Shown: positions 20,827-31,576 of the stretch, in pieces
How positions within the stretch are numbered: the first letter of the stretch is position 1
Layout: each line of letters starts with the position of its first letter
Assembly: GCA_963783375.1 (NCBI GenBank)
Contig: CAWANH010000017.1
Location: forward strand, 64,001 to 128,000
Length of the DNA stretch: 64,000 bases
Direction: 5' to 3'
Source of the DNA: Candidatus Eiseniibacteriota bacterium
Lineage (GTDB): Bacteria > Eisenbacteria > RBG-16-71-46 > JABDJR01
The notes under the pieces: model-generated
Databases searched by the model: none
Seen by the model: the letters and a program-made list of their open reading frames with translations, nothing else
Told to the model about the DNA's origin: nothing
Made by a program: the position numbers and the translations under genes

Positions 20827-21180
20827 TTGGCAAAGAACAGTGATTCGTTGATCTTCTTCATGCTGGGCGCGTTGGCCGGCGGGGTGACCGCCCTCCTCAT
20901 GGCCCCCGACAAGGGGGAGGTGACCCGGCAGAGGATCCGAGACAAGTCCTCCGATCTCTACGGCCGGGGACATGAGGCGGTGGATCACGGGCGGCAGGTG
21001 GTGGAGGAAAAGGCCCAGGAGTACAGCGAGGTGGCCCGGGAGACCGCGCACAAGGCCACCGAGACGGCCAAGGCCAAGTCCCAGCAGGTGACCGGCGCCG
21101 CCCGCTCCCAGATGGACGCGGTCAAGGAAGCGATCTCCGAGGGCAAGGATGCCTATCAGCGCGAGCTGAACAAGGGCTGA
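20827..21180 (+). CDS. YtxH domain protein
   Basis: FMLGALAGGVTALLMAPDKGEVTRQRI signature; TTG start after AGGTGG. Confidence 0.85.
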   Translation: MAKNSDSLIFFMLGALAGGVTALLMAPDKGEVTRQRIRDKSSDLYGRGHEAVDHGRQVVEEKAQEYSEVARETAHKATETAKAKSQQVTGAARSQMDAVKEAISEGKDAYQRELNKG

Positions 21181-21335
21181 TCCGTGCGGCGGTCTCACGA
21201 GCCTGCCGCTCGGGAGGCGCGGATCGTCCGAACCGATCCGCCCGGGGTGGGGTCGTCGACCCCGCCCCGGGCGGGTTTCTCCGCGTCCGTAGCTCGCCGG
21301 GGTGATCCGCCGCGGCGGGACTCGCGCCTTGCCGC

Positions 21336-23609
21336 TCAGCGCGTCTCGACCCCAATCTCGACCGGTCCGGTTTCCGGGGCGGCCTCCGCGGGCTCGAGCA
21401 CCCGAAGCACCATGACGGTGACGTCGTCCTGGGGCTCCGCTCCCTCCAGGAACGCATAGAGCCTCTCCAGGATCCGCTCGGTCATCTCGCGCGCGGTGAG
21501 TTCGGCGGGCAGCTCCCGCAGCAGTTCCTCCACGCGCTCCTCCCCGAAGTCCTCCCCGGCCGCGTTCACCGCCTCGGTGATCCCGTCGGTGTAGAAGAGA
21601 AGCCGGTCGCCGGGGAAGAGGTCCAGGGCCTCCTCCTCGAACGGGATAGCCTCGAACATCCCCAGGATCATCCCCCCCCGAACCAGATGCTTCCGTTCCC
21701 CGTTCTTCCGGCATAGCACCGGGTAGTTGTGGCCGGCGTTGGAGAACGACATGGAGAGCTTCCCCTCGTCCACCCGGGCCAGGAAGAAGGTGGCGAACTG
21801 CTCGGTGGTCGTGCTCTTCACCACCAGGGAGTTGATGTTGGTGAGGATGGCGGAGACCGACTTTGCGGTGTCGGCCTGGGTGCGGAGCGACGCCTGGAGC
21901 ATGGAGGTGAGGAGCGCGGCCGGAACGCCCTTCCCCGAGACATCGGCGATGGCCAGGAAGTAGGCGCCGTCGCCGGCGGGGACCAGGTCGTAGTAGTCCC
22001 CGCCCACCTGGCGCGACGGGGTGTTCACCGCGTGGATATCCAGGCGGGACATGGGGGGAAAGCGTGAGGGAAGGAAGCTCTTCTGGATGCGCCGGGCCAG
22101 GTTGAGCTCCTCTTCGATGCGGGCCACCGCCAAGCGGTCCCGGAGGAGGAGGCCGTTCTGGAGCGAGATCGACATCTGGCCGGCCAGGGTCGACAGGAGG
22201 CTCACGTCTTCGGAGGTGTACTCGGTCCCGGTGATCTTGTCCCCGAGCAGGAGCGCCCCCACCGTCTCACCCTTGGTCCTGAGCGGAATGACCAGAGCGG
22301 CGTGGAACCGGTTCACCAGGTGGGAGCGATCGGGCCGGGGCATCTCCTCGGTGGGTCCGTAGAGCCGGAAGCTCTCGACCGCGGGATCGAGGCGCTCCAG
22401 CATGTCCGGGAGCGGGGCCAGGTCCTCCTCGCCCGGTTGCCGGCCGGAGCCGGTGTGAACCACGGGACCCTCGCGGGCCAGGGCGATCACGTAGGCGTTC
22501 TTCAGCATGAGCGCCTCGGCCACGGTGCGGATGGAGCGGGAGAGCATCTCGTCGAGGTCGATGTTGGTCAGGAGTTCCCGGCCGAGGTTCTTGAGCACGT
22601 TCCGGTAGTCGCCGGGGTCGCGCAGGAAGTACTGGTCCAGGCGCTCCTCCAGGCGGGTGAGCACGGGCTGGAAGAGGATGAGGGCGATGATCAGGAACAC
22701 CGGCTCGAACACCCGGGTGTCGATCCCGATGAAGCCGGTGAGGAACTGGTTCATCTGGACCACCACCGCCAGGTAGATCCCCACCAGGGCCGCCGAGGCC
22801 ACGGCATACAGGATCCCGCGCCGGGCCAGGAGCTTGGTGTCCAGGAACTTGTAGCGAACCATGGAGTAGGCGATGGCCCCCGACCCCACGGTGAGGGCGG
22901 AGATGGTGAGGATCGACCGGAGCCACTCGGTGAGCTGCAGGTTCAGGAGCGTGGGGATCGAGGACGAGACGCTGTACAGGGAGAGACAGAGGATGAGCCC
23001 CACTCCGATCACCCGGAGCTGCTGTTTGAGCCTCGGGACCCGGGCGTGCCGGTAGCTGTCCACGAGGAGGACGGCGCCGGCCACCCCGTAACCGAGGTTC
23101 ACCAGGGAGAAGAGCGCGCGGTGGATGGCCAGGAAGAGCTCGAAGAGAAGCCCGACCAGGCTCAGGATCGGGCCCAGGAAGTGGGGGAGGTTGAGGTCGG
23201 CGAGGCTCAGCCGGCTTCCGACCACCGAGATCCCCAGGAGCAGCAGGAAGTGGAAGATGTGGGGGGTGAAGACGAGAAAGTCGAAGCTCCGGACCTTCCG
23301 GGTGAAGGAGCGCTCGGTGGGGAAGATGCTGGCGAAGAGGAAGAGGGTGGGGAAGAAGAACTCCCAGAGGTAGGAGAAGTGCCCGAGGATGCCCTGGGGG
23401 AGGGCGCGGGCCGCCTCGTTCAGATGGGGGCTCGACCCCAGGAATCCCATGGCGGCGAGGATGGAACCCAGGCCGCCGAAGAACAGCATGAACGCCACCG
23501 CCCGGTTGAGCTTCTGGCGGGGATTCTCCCGGAGGATGACCAGCCCCAGGAGGAACACCAGCCCTCCCAGAACGAGATCCAGCGTGGCGAGGATGAAGAA
23601 GGAGTTCAT
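21336..23609 (-). CDS. Membrane sensor (multi-TM) + GAF + PP2C/SpoIIE (RsbU-like) protein phosphatase
   Basis: Many N-terminal TM helices; GAF-like LVIPL...GALLLG; ARRIQ..LP, VGGDYYD, DVSGKG, NAGH, YTDGITEA, QDDVT. Confidence 0.9.
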   Translation of the reverse strand: MNSFFILATLDLVLGGLVFLLGLVILRENPRQKLNRAVAFMLFFGGLGSILAAMGFLGSSPHLNEAARALPQGILGHFSYLWEFFFPTLFLFASIFPTERSFTRKVRSFDFLVFTPHIFHFLLLLGISVVGSRLSLADLNLPHFLGPILSLVGLLFELFLAIHRALFSLVNLGYGVAGAVLLVDSYRHARVPRLKQQLRVIGVGLILCLSLYSVSSSIPTLLNLQLTEWLRSILTISALTVGSGAIAYSMVRYKFLDTKLLARRGILYAVASAALVGIYLAVVVQMNQFLTGFIGIDTRVFEPVFLIIALILFQPVLTRLEERLDQYFLRDPGDYRNVLKNLGRELLTNIDLDEMLSRSIRTVAEALMLKNAYVIALAREGPVVHTGSGRQPGEEDLAPLPDMLERLDPAVESFRLYGPTEEMPRPDRSHLVNRFHAALVIPLRTKGETVGALLLGDKITGTEYTSEDVSLLSTLAGQMSISLQNGLLLRDRLAVARIEEELNLARRIQKSFLPSRFPPMSRLDIHAVNTPSRQVGGDYYDLVPAGDGAYFLAIADVSGKGVPAALLTSMLQASLRTQADTAKSVSAILTNINSLVVKSTTTEQFATFFLARVDEGKLSMSFSNAGHNYPVLCRKNGERKHLVRGGMILGMFEAIPFEEEALDLFPGDRLLFYTDGITEAVNAAGEDFGEERVEELLRELPAELTAREMTERILERLYAFLEGAEPQDDVTVMVLRVLEPAEAAPETGPVEIGVETR

Positions 23610-23658
23610 GAATGCGATTCAGGCTTCGGGCCGGACGGCCCCCCGGCCGGCCCCTCCA

Positions 23659-24417
23659 TCATACGGGGGGGGCGGCGGGAAGGTTGCCGAGGAATCCCTC
23701 GATCTGGAGGCGGTGCCGGTGCCAGTGCATGATCGCGTGCTCCAGCATCGTGTCCACGTTCGAGACCGATCCCCAGTTCGTGAGGTAGGTCCGGTCCTCC
23801 ATGCGTCCTTCCGGGATCGGCGCCACCGTGGCCTCGAGATCCCGCCGGAGAGCGGCCAGGGTTCCCATCACCTCTTCCCCCGACGTCATGGCCATCACCT
23901 CCGCGGGGGTGTGGGCGGGCCCGGTGTCCGCGAGCCCCATCACCCGCCGGATCCAGGCCAGGTAGCTGTAGCCGCAGGCTACGGCGTGGCGGATCGCCTC
24001 GGAGAAGACGGTCTCCTTGGCCCCGCGGTGGGTCGGCATCACCAGGTGCTCGGGAGCCAGGCGCGCCGCGGCGGCCTCGAACTGGTCCTGCGCCTCCAGC
24101 CACAACCGTATGAGCGCCCGGGCCGGTCGAAGGTTGCGGTCGGCCCGCGCTTGCTCCAGCCGGGCCAGGCGCTCCTCCACCCCGGCGACGAACCCGGTCT
24201 CGGCCTCGGTGAGGGGTCGGCCGGGAGCCCCCACCTCCACGGTGAGGGTGGACCCTTCGGTGCGGTAGCGGGGGACGGCGCCGGTCCGGGCGGCCACCGC
24301 GCACAGGGCCGAGGCCAGGTCGTGAGGGCCCAGGGGGTCCTCGAAGGTGAAGGCGCGGGCGCGCCCGGTGTCGGTAACCCGCCAGTCGTCGGGGACTTGG
24401 GTGGTGTTTTCGGACAT
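23659..24417 (-). CDS. Fusion of a degenerate pterin-4a-carbinolamine dehydratase-like domain and a DinB-like domain
   Basis: N-terminal W....RARAFTFED...VAARTGAVP...LTVEV....LTEAE follows the PCD pattern without HHP; C-terminal IRHAV and LEHAIMHWHRHRLQI are DinB-type His motifs. Confidence 0.55.
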   Translation of the reverse strand: MSENTTQVPDDWRVTDTGRARAFTFEDPLGPHDLASALCAVAARTGAVPRYRTEGSTLTVEVGAPGRPLTEAETGFVAGVEERLARLEQARADRNLRPARALIRLWLEAQDQFEAAAARLAPEHLVMPTHRGAKETVFSEAIRHAVACGYSYLAWIRRVMGLADTGPAHTPAEVMAMTSGEEVMGTLAALRRDLEATVAPIPEGRMEDRTYLTNWGSVSNVDTMLEHAIMHWHRHRLQIEGFLGNLPAAPPV

Positions 24418-24535
24418 GGTCTCTCCTGGTCGGCGGCCCGTCGATTCCCGTGGGGCAGAGTGTACCCAATCGGACCGCGCGCGGGGACCGGCCGCCGCGG
24501 GCGGGATCCGGCGCCGGGCCGGGCCGCCGGGGGGG

Positions 24536-25681
24536 CTACTGGAACCGGAAGGTCCGTACCGCGGCCCACCCCACCGCGATCGTCGCCGCCGCCATCACCA
24601 CCAGGTGCCCGATCACCGCGGTGGGGGGATCCCCGAAATTCACCAGCTTGTGCAGCGCGTCCATGGCCCAGCCGGTAGGAAGGAAGAGGGCCAGGTGCTG
24701 CATCCACTGGGGGGTGATCTCGATCGGCCACCAGCATCCGCCCAGGGCGGCGAGCACGTTGCTGGCCAGGACTCCGATCCCCACCGCCTGGCCCTCGCTC
24801 CGGGAGAGGTTCCCGAGCACGATCCCCAGCATGGCGACCAGGGACGCGTAGATCACCAGCACCAGGATGAGGGTAGGTAGGTGCGGCCCCCAGTCCACCC
24901 GGAAAAGCACGGTGCCCGCGCCCATGGCGAAGCCGAGCTGAACGATCCCCAGGCCGAGCCGTCCGCCCCATTTCCCCAGGATGATCCCGCTCCGGGAAAG
25001 GGGGGAGGAAGCCAGCCGGCGGAGCAGGCCTTCCTTCCGCTCGATCACCAGCAGGATCGCCCCCGAGGTCAGCATCACCAGGAGCGTGAACATGACCATG
25101 GTCCCGGGGACCGCCTGGTCGAACCCGCTGGGGAAGACCTTCCGATGCCCGGCGCGCTCCACCTGGAGTTTCAGGGGGCGCGGGGCCTCCGCCATGGCGG
25201 CCAGGGTGGCGGGATCGGGGGCGCCGCCGGTCTCCGCCACCGCGATCAGGTCCCCCAACACCGCGTAGGCCGCCCGCTGCACCCGCACCTTGTAGTAGCT
25301 CCCGCCCAGGTCTTCGCTTCGGCGGGTCAGGGTGAGGGTCATCGGATGCCCGGCGATCACCGAGTCGGTGAAGGCGGCCGGAATCGTCAGCCGAGGCGCC
25401 TTCGAATCGGCGGCCAGGCTCTCCACGGGGACCAGCCGGAAATCGGCCTGTTCCAGGCGGCGAACGAGCTGGTCGGCGAGAAAACCCGCCTCGGGGGAGC
25501 GATCGAGGGCGAGGAGGTCGCCCCCGGGCGCGCCGGAGGAGCCGAAGCCCCCGGTGATCGTCCCGATGAAGAAGAAGAACACGATCGGCATGAGGAACGT
25601 CCAGAGGAGGGTCTCCCGCTGGCGGAGCATGTAGCGGAGGTCCTTCCCCGCGATGAAGAGGGCGGTTCTTCGGACGTTCAT
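24536..25681 (-). CDS. ABC-2 type exporter permease
   Basis: ERKEGLLRRL...P, LGGCWWPIEITP, PTGWAM. Confidence 0.88.
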   Translation of the reverse strand: MNVRRTALFIAGKDLRYMLRQRETLLWTFLMPIVFFFFIGTITGGFGSSGAPGGDLLALDRSPEAGFLADQLVRRLEQADFRLVPVESLAADSKAPRLTIPAAFTDSVIAGHPMTLTLTRRSEDLGGSYYKVRVQRAAYAVLGDLIAVAETGGAPDPATLAAMAEAPRPLKLQVERAGHRKVFPSGFDQAVPGTMVMFTLLVMLTSGAILLVIERKEGLLRRLASSPLSRSGIILGKWGGRLGLGIVQLGFAMGAGTVLFRVDWGPHLPTLILVLVIYASLVAMLGIVLGNLSRSEGQAVGIGVLASNVLAALGGCWWPIEITPQWMQHLALFLPTGWAMDALHKLVNFGDPPTAVIGHLVVMAAATIAVGWAAVRTFRFQ

Positions 25682-25684
25682 GGT

Positions 25685-26923
25685 TCAGCCCTTGACGAAC
25701 GCCCGGAGCCGGGCGAGGCAGAGGAGGAAGAGGATCGTCGAACCGGCGAGAAGCCCGATCACCGAGATCAGGAGGGTTCCGGGGTCGACGGTTCCGGCGA
25801 AGATCTCCTTCAGCCGGACGAGGATCCACCCGTTGGGGGTGAGGCGGCCGATCCGGGCCATCCAGTCCGGCATGGCCTCGAAGGGGAAGAACGACCCGCC
25901 GAGCATGATCAGCGGAAAGACGATGGCCGTGCTCAGGAGGTTCCCCCCGCGCTGACTGGTGGCCGAGATCTGGATGATGGTGAAGAAGAGGAGCATCCCC
26001 GCGCCGGAGAGGAACGTCCAGGCCACGGCCAGGGGGATGTCGGCCATGGGGATGGAGAAGATGAAGAGGCCGACCGCCACCCCGCCCAGGATCACCGCGC
26101 CCAGGAGCAGCGAGCCCGCCGCCACCTTGCCGGCCAGGTGGATCCAGAGCCGCTGGGGGGTGGTCACGGTGCGACGAAGCGTACCCTGCATGCGCTCCTT
26201 CCAGAAATCGTCGCTCAGGCTCTGGGCCCCGAAGATCACCGCCATGAAGAAGAGCCCGGGGAAGAAGAGGGTGCCGAAGTTGAAGGACTCGTCATCCTCG
26301 GCCGCCTCCAGGTTCACGGTCTCCACCTTGATGGCGGGAGGGAAGAGATAGGGCTGGGCGCTCTCCACCAGCCGGTTGATCGTGGTGGAGAACCGGGCCA
26401 CCGTGGTGTCGGGGAGCGTGACCCGGCCCGGGGGAGGCTCCCGGGTAAGGGTTTCCGAGGCGGAACCCAGCACCTGCTGGCCGATCCCCACCGCGTCCAC
26501 CATGGAGCCCAGGACTCCTTCCAGGATCCCGGGAAGGATGCGCTGGGCGGGGTTGGTGAGGAGGGTGAGGGTGACCGGCTCGCGGTTGAACACCTTGTCC
26601 GCGAAGCCCTTCGGAATGACGAGGAGGCCCGAGGCCTTGCCGTCCCCCAGATCGGCCCGGCCCTGCTCTTCGGTGGCCGGAACGACGTCGATCAGCTCGG
26701 CCAGCTGCCCCTGTTCGAAGGCCCCGCTCAGGAACCGGCTCACGAAGGTGCTGTCGTGATCGGCGACGAGGAGGCGCGCGGTGGGAGTGCCGCCGCTCCC
26801 GCCGGTGGCCAGCCGGAGCAGGAGCCCGATCACCAGGGGGAGCCCCACGGTGAGCGCGATGGCCGCCGGATCCTGGACCAGCCGGCGGACGTCCTTGCTG
26901 ACGCAGGCGCGGAAGAAGCTCAT
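25685..26923 (-). CDS. ABC-2 type exporter permease
   Basis: ERMQGTLRR..TTP, LGGSFFPFEAMP, TPNGW. Confidence 0.88.
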   Translation of the reverse strand: MSFFRACVSKDVRRLVQDPAAIALTVGLPLVIGLLLRLATGGSGGTPTARLLVADHDSTFVSRFLSGAFEQGQLAELIDVVPATEEQGRADLGDGKASGLLVIPKGFADKVFNREPVTLTLLTNPAQRILPGILEGVLGSMVDAVGIGQQVLGSASETLTREPPPGRVTLPDTTVARFSTTINRLVESAQPYLFPPAIKVETVNLEAAEDDESFNFGTLFFPGLFFMAVIFGAQSLSDDFWKERMQGTLRRTVTTPQRLWIHLAGKVAAGSLLLGAVILGGVAVGLFIFSIPMADIPLAVAWTFLSGAGMLLFFTIIQISATSQRGGNLLSTAIVFPLIMLGGSFFPFEAMPDWMARIGRLTPNGWILVRLKEIFAGTVDPGTLLISVIGLLAGSTILFLLCLARLRAFVKG

Positions 26924-26942
26924 CGCGAGGCTCCGGCGCGCA

Positions 26943-27872
26943 TCACTCCCGGAGCTCCTTCCCGGTGAGCTTGATGAAGAGGCTCTCGAGGCTGGGCTGG
27001 GTCACCGTGGTCTCGCGAAGCTCCGCCCCCGCCGCGTCCAGGGCGTGAAACAGCTGGGGGAGCCTCTGGGAGCCGTGGGCCATGGACAGGGTGAGGTGCT
27101 CCGCGTCGGCCAACACCACCTCGGTGTCTTCCATCGGCCGGACGATCTCCGCCGCGCGCTCGGCCGGGAAGCGCCCGGTCAGCCGGACAATGTCCCGCTG
27201 GCCGGTCTGGGCGCGGAGTTCGAGGAGGGTGCCCTGGGCGATGAGCTTCCCGTGATCGATGATTCCGAGCCGGTCGCAGAGCCCTTCCGCCTCTTCCATG
27301 TAATGGGTGGTGTAGAGGACACAGGTCCCGGCCGCCGCCTGTTCCCGCACCAGATCCAGCAGCCGGACCCGGCTCTGGGGATCGACGCCCACCGTCGGCT
27401 CGTCCAGGAGCAGCACCTTGGGTTCGTGGACGATGCCGCAGGCGAAGTTCAGCCGTCGCTTCATCCCCCCGCTGAACCGCTTGACCGGCTCCTTGGCCCG
27501 GTCGACCAGGCCGGTGAGGTCGAGCACCGCGCGGACGCGGTCGGCCAGGTGCGATCCGGTGAGACCGTAGGCCGCTCCCCAGTAGCGCAGGTTCTCGGTG
27601 GCCGAGACCTCCTCGTAGATCGCGATCTCCTGGGGCACGACCCCCAGCGCCTGGCGGGCGGCGGTCCCGTCGGTGACCACGTCGTGGCCCAGGATCCGCA
27701 CCCGTCCCGCGGTGGGTTTGAGGAGCCCGGAGATGCAGGAGATGGTGGTGGTCTTCCCGGCCCCGTTCGGTCCCAGCAGGCCGAAGATCGCGCCGGGTTC
27801 GGCGGTGAAGCTCACCCCGTCCACCGCGGCCAGGTCGCCGTAGTACTTTCTGAGTTCCTCGACTTCGATCAC
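26943..27872 (-). CDS. ABC exporter ATP-binding protein (DrrA/CcmA-like)
   Basis: GPNGAGKTT, FSGGMKRR, LDEPTVGVDP, THYMEEA; GTG after AAGGAGG. Confidence 0.92.
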   Translation of the reverse strand: MIEVEELRKYYGDLAAVDGVSFTAEPGAIFGLLGPNGAGKTTTISCISGLLKPTAGRVRILGHDVVTDGTAARQALGVVPQEIAIYEEVSATENLRYWGAAYGLTGSHLADRVRAVLDLTGLVDRAKEPVKRFSGGMKRRLNFACGIVHEPKVLLLDEPTVGVDPQSRVRLLDLVREQAAAGTCVLYTTHYMEEAEGLCDRLGIIDHGKLIAQGTLLELRAQTGQRDIVRLTGRFPAERAAEIVRPMEDTEVVLADAEHLTLSMAHGSQRLPQLFHALDAAGAELRETTVTQPSLESLFIKLTGKELRE

Positions 27873-28137
27873 GAGCGCCCTCCTTGGGACCATCCCGGCT
27901 GGGGACCATCCCGGGGTCTCGAATTGTATACAGTCCGGTTACGATTGCCAGTCGATTCTACAGGTGTAGGAATAGGCGGGGCGGATGCCGGGAGCGATCC
28001 CGGGGGTCCGGGGACCGCCGCCGGGGCCTCGGGGGCGCGCCCCGGCGCCCCGGGGGTTGCCCGGACCCCTGGACAGCCCGCCCCCCGGGGATATACTCGA
28101 TCCCGGATCACGACACCGGCACCAATGAGGTAAGTCA

Positions 28138-30789
28138 ATGGACTTGAACAGATTAACCCAGAAGTCCCAGGAGGCGTTCCAGGCCGCCCAGACCAAAGCG
28201 CTGCGCTACGGAAACCCAGAGGTGGACGGGGAGCACGTGCTCCTGGCGCTCCTGGAGCAGCCGGACGGGCTGGCTCCGCGGCTCTTGAAGCGGCTGGACG
28301 TGGATCCGGAGATGGTGCGGACCGAGGTGGAGCGGGAGCTCGACCGCCGGCCCCGCCAGTCCGGGCCCGGAGTGGAGCCGGGGAAGCTCTACGTCTCGAA
28401 CCGGCTGGTGCGGCTCATGGACCAAGCCGAGGAGGAGCGGAAGCGGCTGAAGGACGAGTACGTCTCGGTGGAGCACATCGTCCTCGCCATGATCGACGAG
28501 GGGGAGGCCACCGCGGCGGGGAAGGTGCTCAAGACCTTCGGCGTCTCCCGGGAGAACTTTCTCGCCGCGTTGACCGCGGTCCGCGGCCACCAGCGGGTGA
28601 CCAGCGCCACCCCGGAGTCGGCCTACGAGGCGCTGGAGAAGTACGGGGTGGACCTGGTGGCCCAGGCCAGGGCCAACAAGCTCGATCCGGTGATCGGCCG
28701 CGACGCGGAAATCCGGAGGGTGATCCGCATTCTTTCCAGAAAGACCAAGAACAACCCGGTATTGATCGGGGAGCCCGGGGTGGGGAAGACGGCCATCGTC
28801 GAAGGGCTCGCCCAGCGGGTGGTGAGGGGCGATGTGCCGGAGTGGCTCAAGGACCGCTCGATCTTCTCCCTGGACATGGGATCGCTGCTGGCCGGGGCGA
28901 AGTACCGCGGCGAGTTCGAGGAGCGGCTGAAGGCGGTGCTGAACGAGATCAAGGAGAGCGAGGGGCAGGTGCTCCTCTTCATCGACGAGCTTCACAACAT
29001 CGTGGGGGCGGGCCGGACCGAGGGCTCGACCGACGCCGGGAATCTCCTCAAGCCCATGCTGGCCCGGGGGGAGCTCCACTGCATCGGCGCCACCACCCTG
29101 GACGAGTACCGGAAGCACATCGAGAAGGACGCCGCCCTGGAGCGGCGGTTCCAGCCGGTGGTGGTGGACGCGCCCTCGGTGGAGGACACGGTCTCGATCC
29201 TCCGCGGCCTCCGCGAACGGTTCGAGGTCCATCACGGGGTGAAGATCCAGGACAACGCCCTGGTGGCGGCGGCGGTGCTCTCCAACCGCTACATCTCCGA
29301 CCGCTTCCTCCCCGACAAGGCCATCGACCTGGTGGACGAGGCCTGCGCGATGATCCGGACCGAGATCGACTCCATGCCCGCGGAGCTGGACGAGGTCACC
29401 CGCCGGGTCATGCAGCTCGAGATCGAGGAGGCCGCCCTCAACAAGGAGAAGGACAAGGCCTCGAAGGAGCGATTGGAGGATCTCCGGCGCGAGCTGGCGG
29501 ACCTGAAGGATCGCGCCAAGACCATGCGCGCCCAGTGGGACGAGGAGAAGGCGGCCCTGGCCGGGGTGCGGAAGCTCCGTGAGGAGCTGGAGCAGAAGCG
29601 CCAGGAGCTGGAGCGGGCGGAGCGCGACTACGACCTCAACCGGAGCGCCGAGCTCAAGCACGGGGTCATTCCCCAGCTCGAAAAGCGCCTCCAGGAGCAC
29701 GAGACGAAGCTGGCCGGGGCGAAGGAGGGGGAGCGGCTCCTCCGCGAGGAGGTGACCGAGGACGAGATCGCGGAGATCGTTTCCCGCTGGACCGGGATTC
29801 CGGTGACCCGGCTGGTGGAGGGGGAGCGGGAGAAGCTCCTCCGGCTGGACGAGATCCTCCATCGCCGGGTGATCGGCCAGGACGAGGCGGTGAAGCTGGT
29901 GGCGGACGCGGTGATCCGGGCCCGGAGCGGCATCAAGGATCCGCGCCGTCCGATCGGGTCGTTCATCTTCCTGGGTCCGACCGGGGTGGGGAAGACCGAG
30001 CTGGCCAAGACCCTGGCCGAGGCGCTCTTCGACACCGAGGAGAACCTGATCCGGATCGACATGTCCGAGTACATGGAACGCCACAATGTGTCGCGCCTGA
30101 TCGGCGCGCCTCCGGGGTACGTGGGCTACGAGGAGGGGGGGCAGCTCACCGAGGCGGTGCGGCGGAAGCCCTTCGCGGTGATCCTGTTCGACGAGATCGA
30201 GAAGGCCCACCAGGACGTGTTCAACGTGCTGCTTCAGATCCTGGACGACGGCCGGGTCACCGACGCCCAGGGCCGGACGGTGGACTTCAAGAACACGGTG
30301 ATCATCATGACCTCGAACATCGGGTCTCACTTCCTGCTGGAAGGGGTGACCGCCGAGGGGGAGATCACGGAGAGCGCCCGCCAGGCGGTGATGCGGGAGA
30401 TGCGCCAGCACTTCCGCCCCGAGTTCCTGAACCGGGTGGACGACATCGTGCTCTTCAAGCCGCTCAAGCTCGAGGAGATCGAGAAGATCGTGGACCTGTT
30501 GACCGAGGATCTCCGCCGGCGACTCTCCGACCGGAGCGTGTCCCTGGAGATGAGCGACGCGGCACGGGAGTTGGTGGCCCGCGAGGGGTTCGACCCGGTC
30601 TACGGGGCGCGGCCCTTGAAGCGCTACCTGCAGCACGAGCTGGAGAGCCGGATCGGGCGGTCGCTGATCGCGGGCGAGGTCCTGGACGGGGCCACGGTGA
30701 GGGTGGACGCGGTGGAGGGGGCGCTCACCGTGCGGGTGGAGAACCCCGCTCCGGCGCCCAGGGCGGCGGAGGAGAAGGCGGAGGCCTGA
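28138..30789 (+). CDS. clpB: Chaperone/disaggregase ClpB
   Basis: Two AAA+ modules ([16 protein letters not shown]), long M-domain coiled coil, GARPLKR; 883 aa. Confidence 0.97.
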   Translation: MDLNRLTQKSQEAFQAAQTKALRYGNPEVDGEHVLLALLEQPDGLAPRLLKRLDVDPEMVRTEVERELDRRPRQSGPGVEPGKLYVSNRLVRLMDQAEEERKRLKDEYVSVEHIVLAMIDEGEATAAGKVLKTFGVSRENFLAALTAVRGHQRVTSATPESAYEALEKYGVDLVAQARANKLDPVIGRDAEIRRVIRILSRKTKNNPVLIGEPGVGKTAIVEGLAQRVVRGDVPEWLKDRSIFSLDMGSLLAGAKYRGEFEERLKAVLNEIKESEGQVLLFIDELHNIVGAGRTEGSTDAGNLLKPMLARGELHCIGATTLDEYRKHIEKDAALERRFQPVVVDAPSVEDTVSILRGLRERFEVHHGVKIQDNALVAAAVLSNRYISDRFLPDKAIDLVDEACAMIRTEIDSMPAELDEVTRRVMQLEIEEAALNKEKDKASKERLEDLRRELADLKDRAKTMRAQWDEEKAALAGVRKLREELEQKRQELERAERDYDLNRSAELKHGVIPQLEKRLQEHETKLAGAKEGERLLREEVTEDEIAEIVSRWTGIPVTRLVEGEREKLLRLDEILHRRVIGQDEAVKLVADAVIRARSGIKDPRRPIGSFIFLGPTGVGKTELAKTLAEALFDTEENLIRIDMSEYMERHNVSRLIGAPPGYVGYEEGGQLTEAVRRKPFAVILFDEIEKAHQDVFNVLLQILDDGRVTDAQGRTVDFKNTVIIMTSNIGSHFLLEGVTAEGEITESARQAVMREMRQHFRPEFLNRVDDIVLFKPLKLEEIEKIVDLLTEDLRRRLSDRSVSLEMSDAARELVAREGFDPVYGARPLKRYLQHELESRIGRSLIAGEVLDGATVRVDAVEGALTVRVENPAPAPRAAEEKAEA

Positions 30790-30829
30790 TCCCGGGACGC
30801 CACGCCGGGGTCGCTCAGCGCGAGGGTCG

Positions 30830-31558
30830 ATGGAAGAGGAAGACGTCGTGGTCGTGGAACGATCGGGCGGTCCGAAGTCCTGGCCGTTCCTGGTTCTGGT
30901 TCCCCTGGTTCCCGTGTTCTCGCTCCTGGTGCTTCGAAACGTGTGGTGGACCTTCGCGCTCTACCACCTCGGCGGGTGCTTGGCGCTTCCGCTCATTCAT
31001 TCGCTGCTCGTCCGCCGGGTCGGTCTAGGCCGGCATCTGGAGCTGGCGGGGCTCCGCTCGGAGGAGCACGGCCCGTGGCCGGGGATCGCGATGGGCGCGG
31101 CGCTCGGCCTGGTCCTCGGCGGCGGGACGGTGGCGGTGTTCGCGTTCGGGCACGAGGCGTTCCTCGCCGGCCGCGACATCACCGCCGCGCTGGCCGCGTG
31201 GGGGATCACCCCGAAAACGGCACCGCTGATGCTCGCGTTCATGATCCTGGGGAACGGCGCATCGGAGGAGCTCTACTGGCGCGGCTGGCTCCAGACGAGG
31301 CTCCGCGCCGGGCACCGGATCGTGTTCGCCGTTCCGGTCGGGGCCGCGGCCTACGCCAGCTACCACCTGGTCACGGTGACGTCCTTCGCCCCCGGCCCCG
31401 CGGTCGTGTTCCTCTTCATGGCCGGGATCTACGGGGCGGGCGTCCTCTTCGGATGGCTCCGGGAGCGGTTCGGCACGGTGTGGCCGCCCCTCCTCGCCCA
31501 TACCGGGGCCACCGCGGGCTACATGGCGGTGTACCTCATCTGGGTGGCGGGGCGGTGA
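30830..31558 (+). CDS. CPBP (CAAX/Abi) intramembrane protease
   Basis: EELYWRG, YH, LAH motifs in a multi-TM protein. Confidence 0.85.
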   Translation: MEEEDVVVVERSGGPKSWPFLVLVPLVPVFSLLVLRNVWWTFALYHLGGCLALPLIHSLLVRRVGLGRHLELAGLRSEEHGPWPGIAMGAALGLVLGGGTVAVFAFGHEAFLAGRDITAALAAWGITPKTAPLMLAFMILGNGASEELYWRGWLQTRLRAGHRIVFAVPVGAAAYASYHLVTVTSFAPGPAVVFLFMAGIYGAGVLFGWLRERFGTVWPPLLAHTGATAGYMAVYLIWVAGR

Positions 31559-31576
31559 GGCGAGCGAGGACCGGGC

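Noticed and set aside
28153-30636. Long antisense or alternate-frame ORFs (also 6276-7784, 24881-26968, 43102-46095, 52611-54977, 60287-62431)
   Set aside because: Expected by-products of high-GC codon bias over real genes. Only the 44800-45145 part of 43102-46095 is genuine (GT2 N-half).
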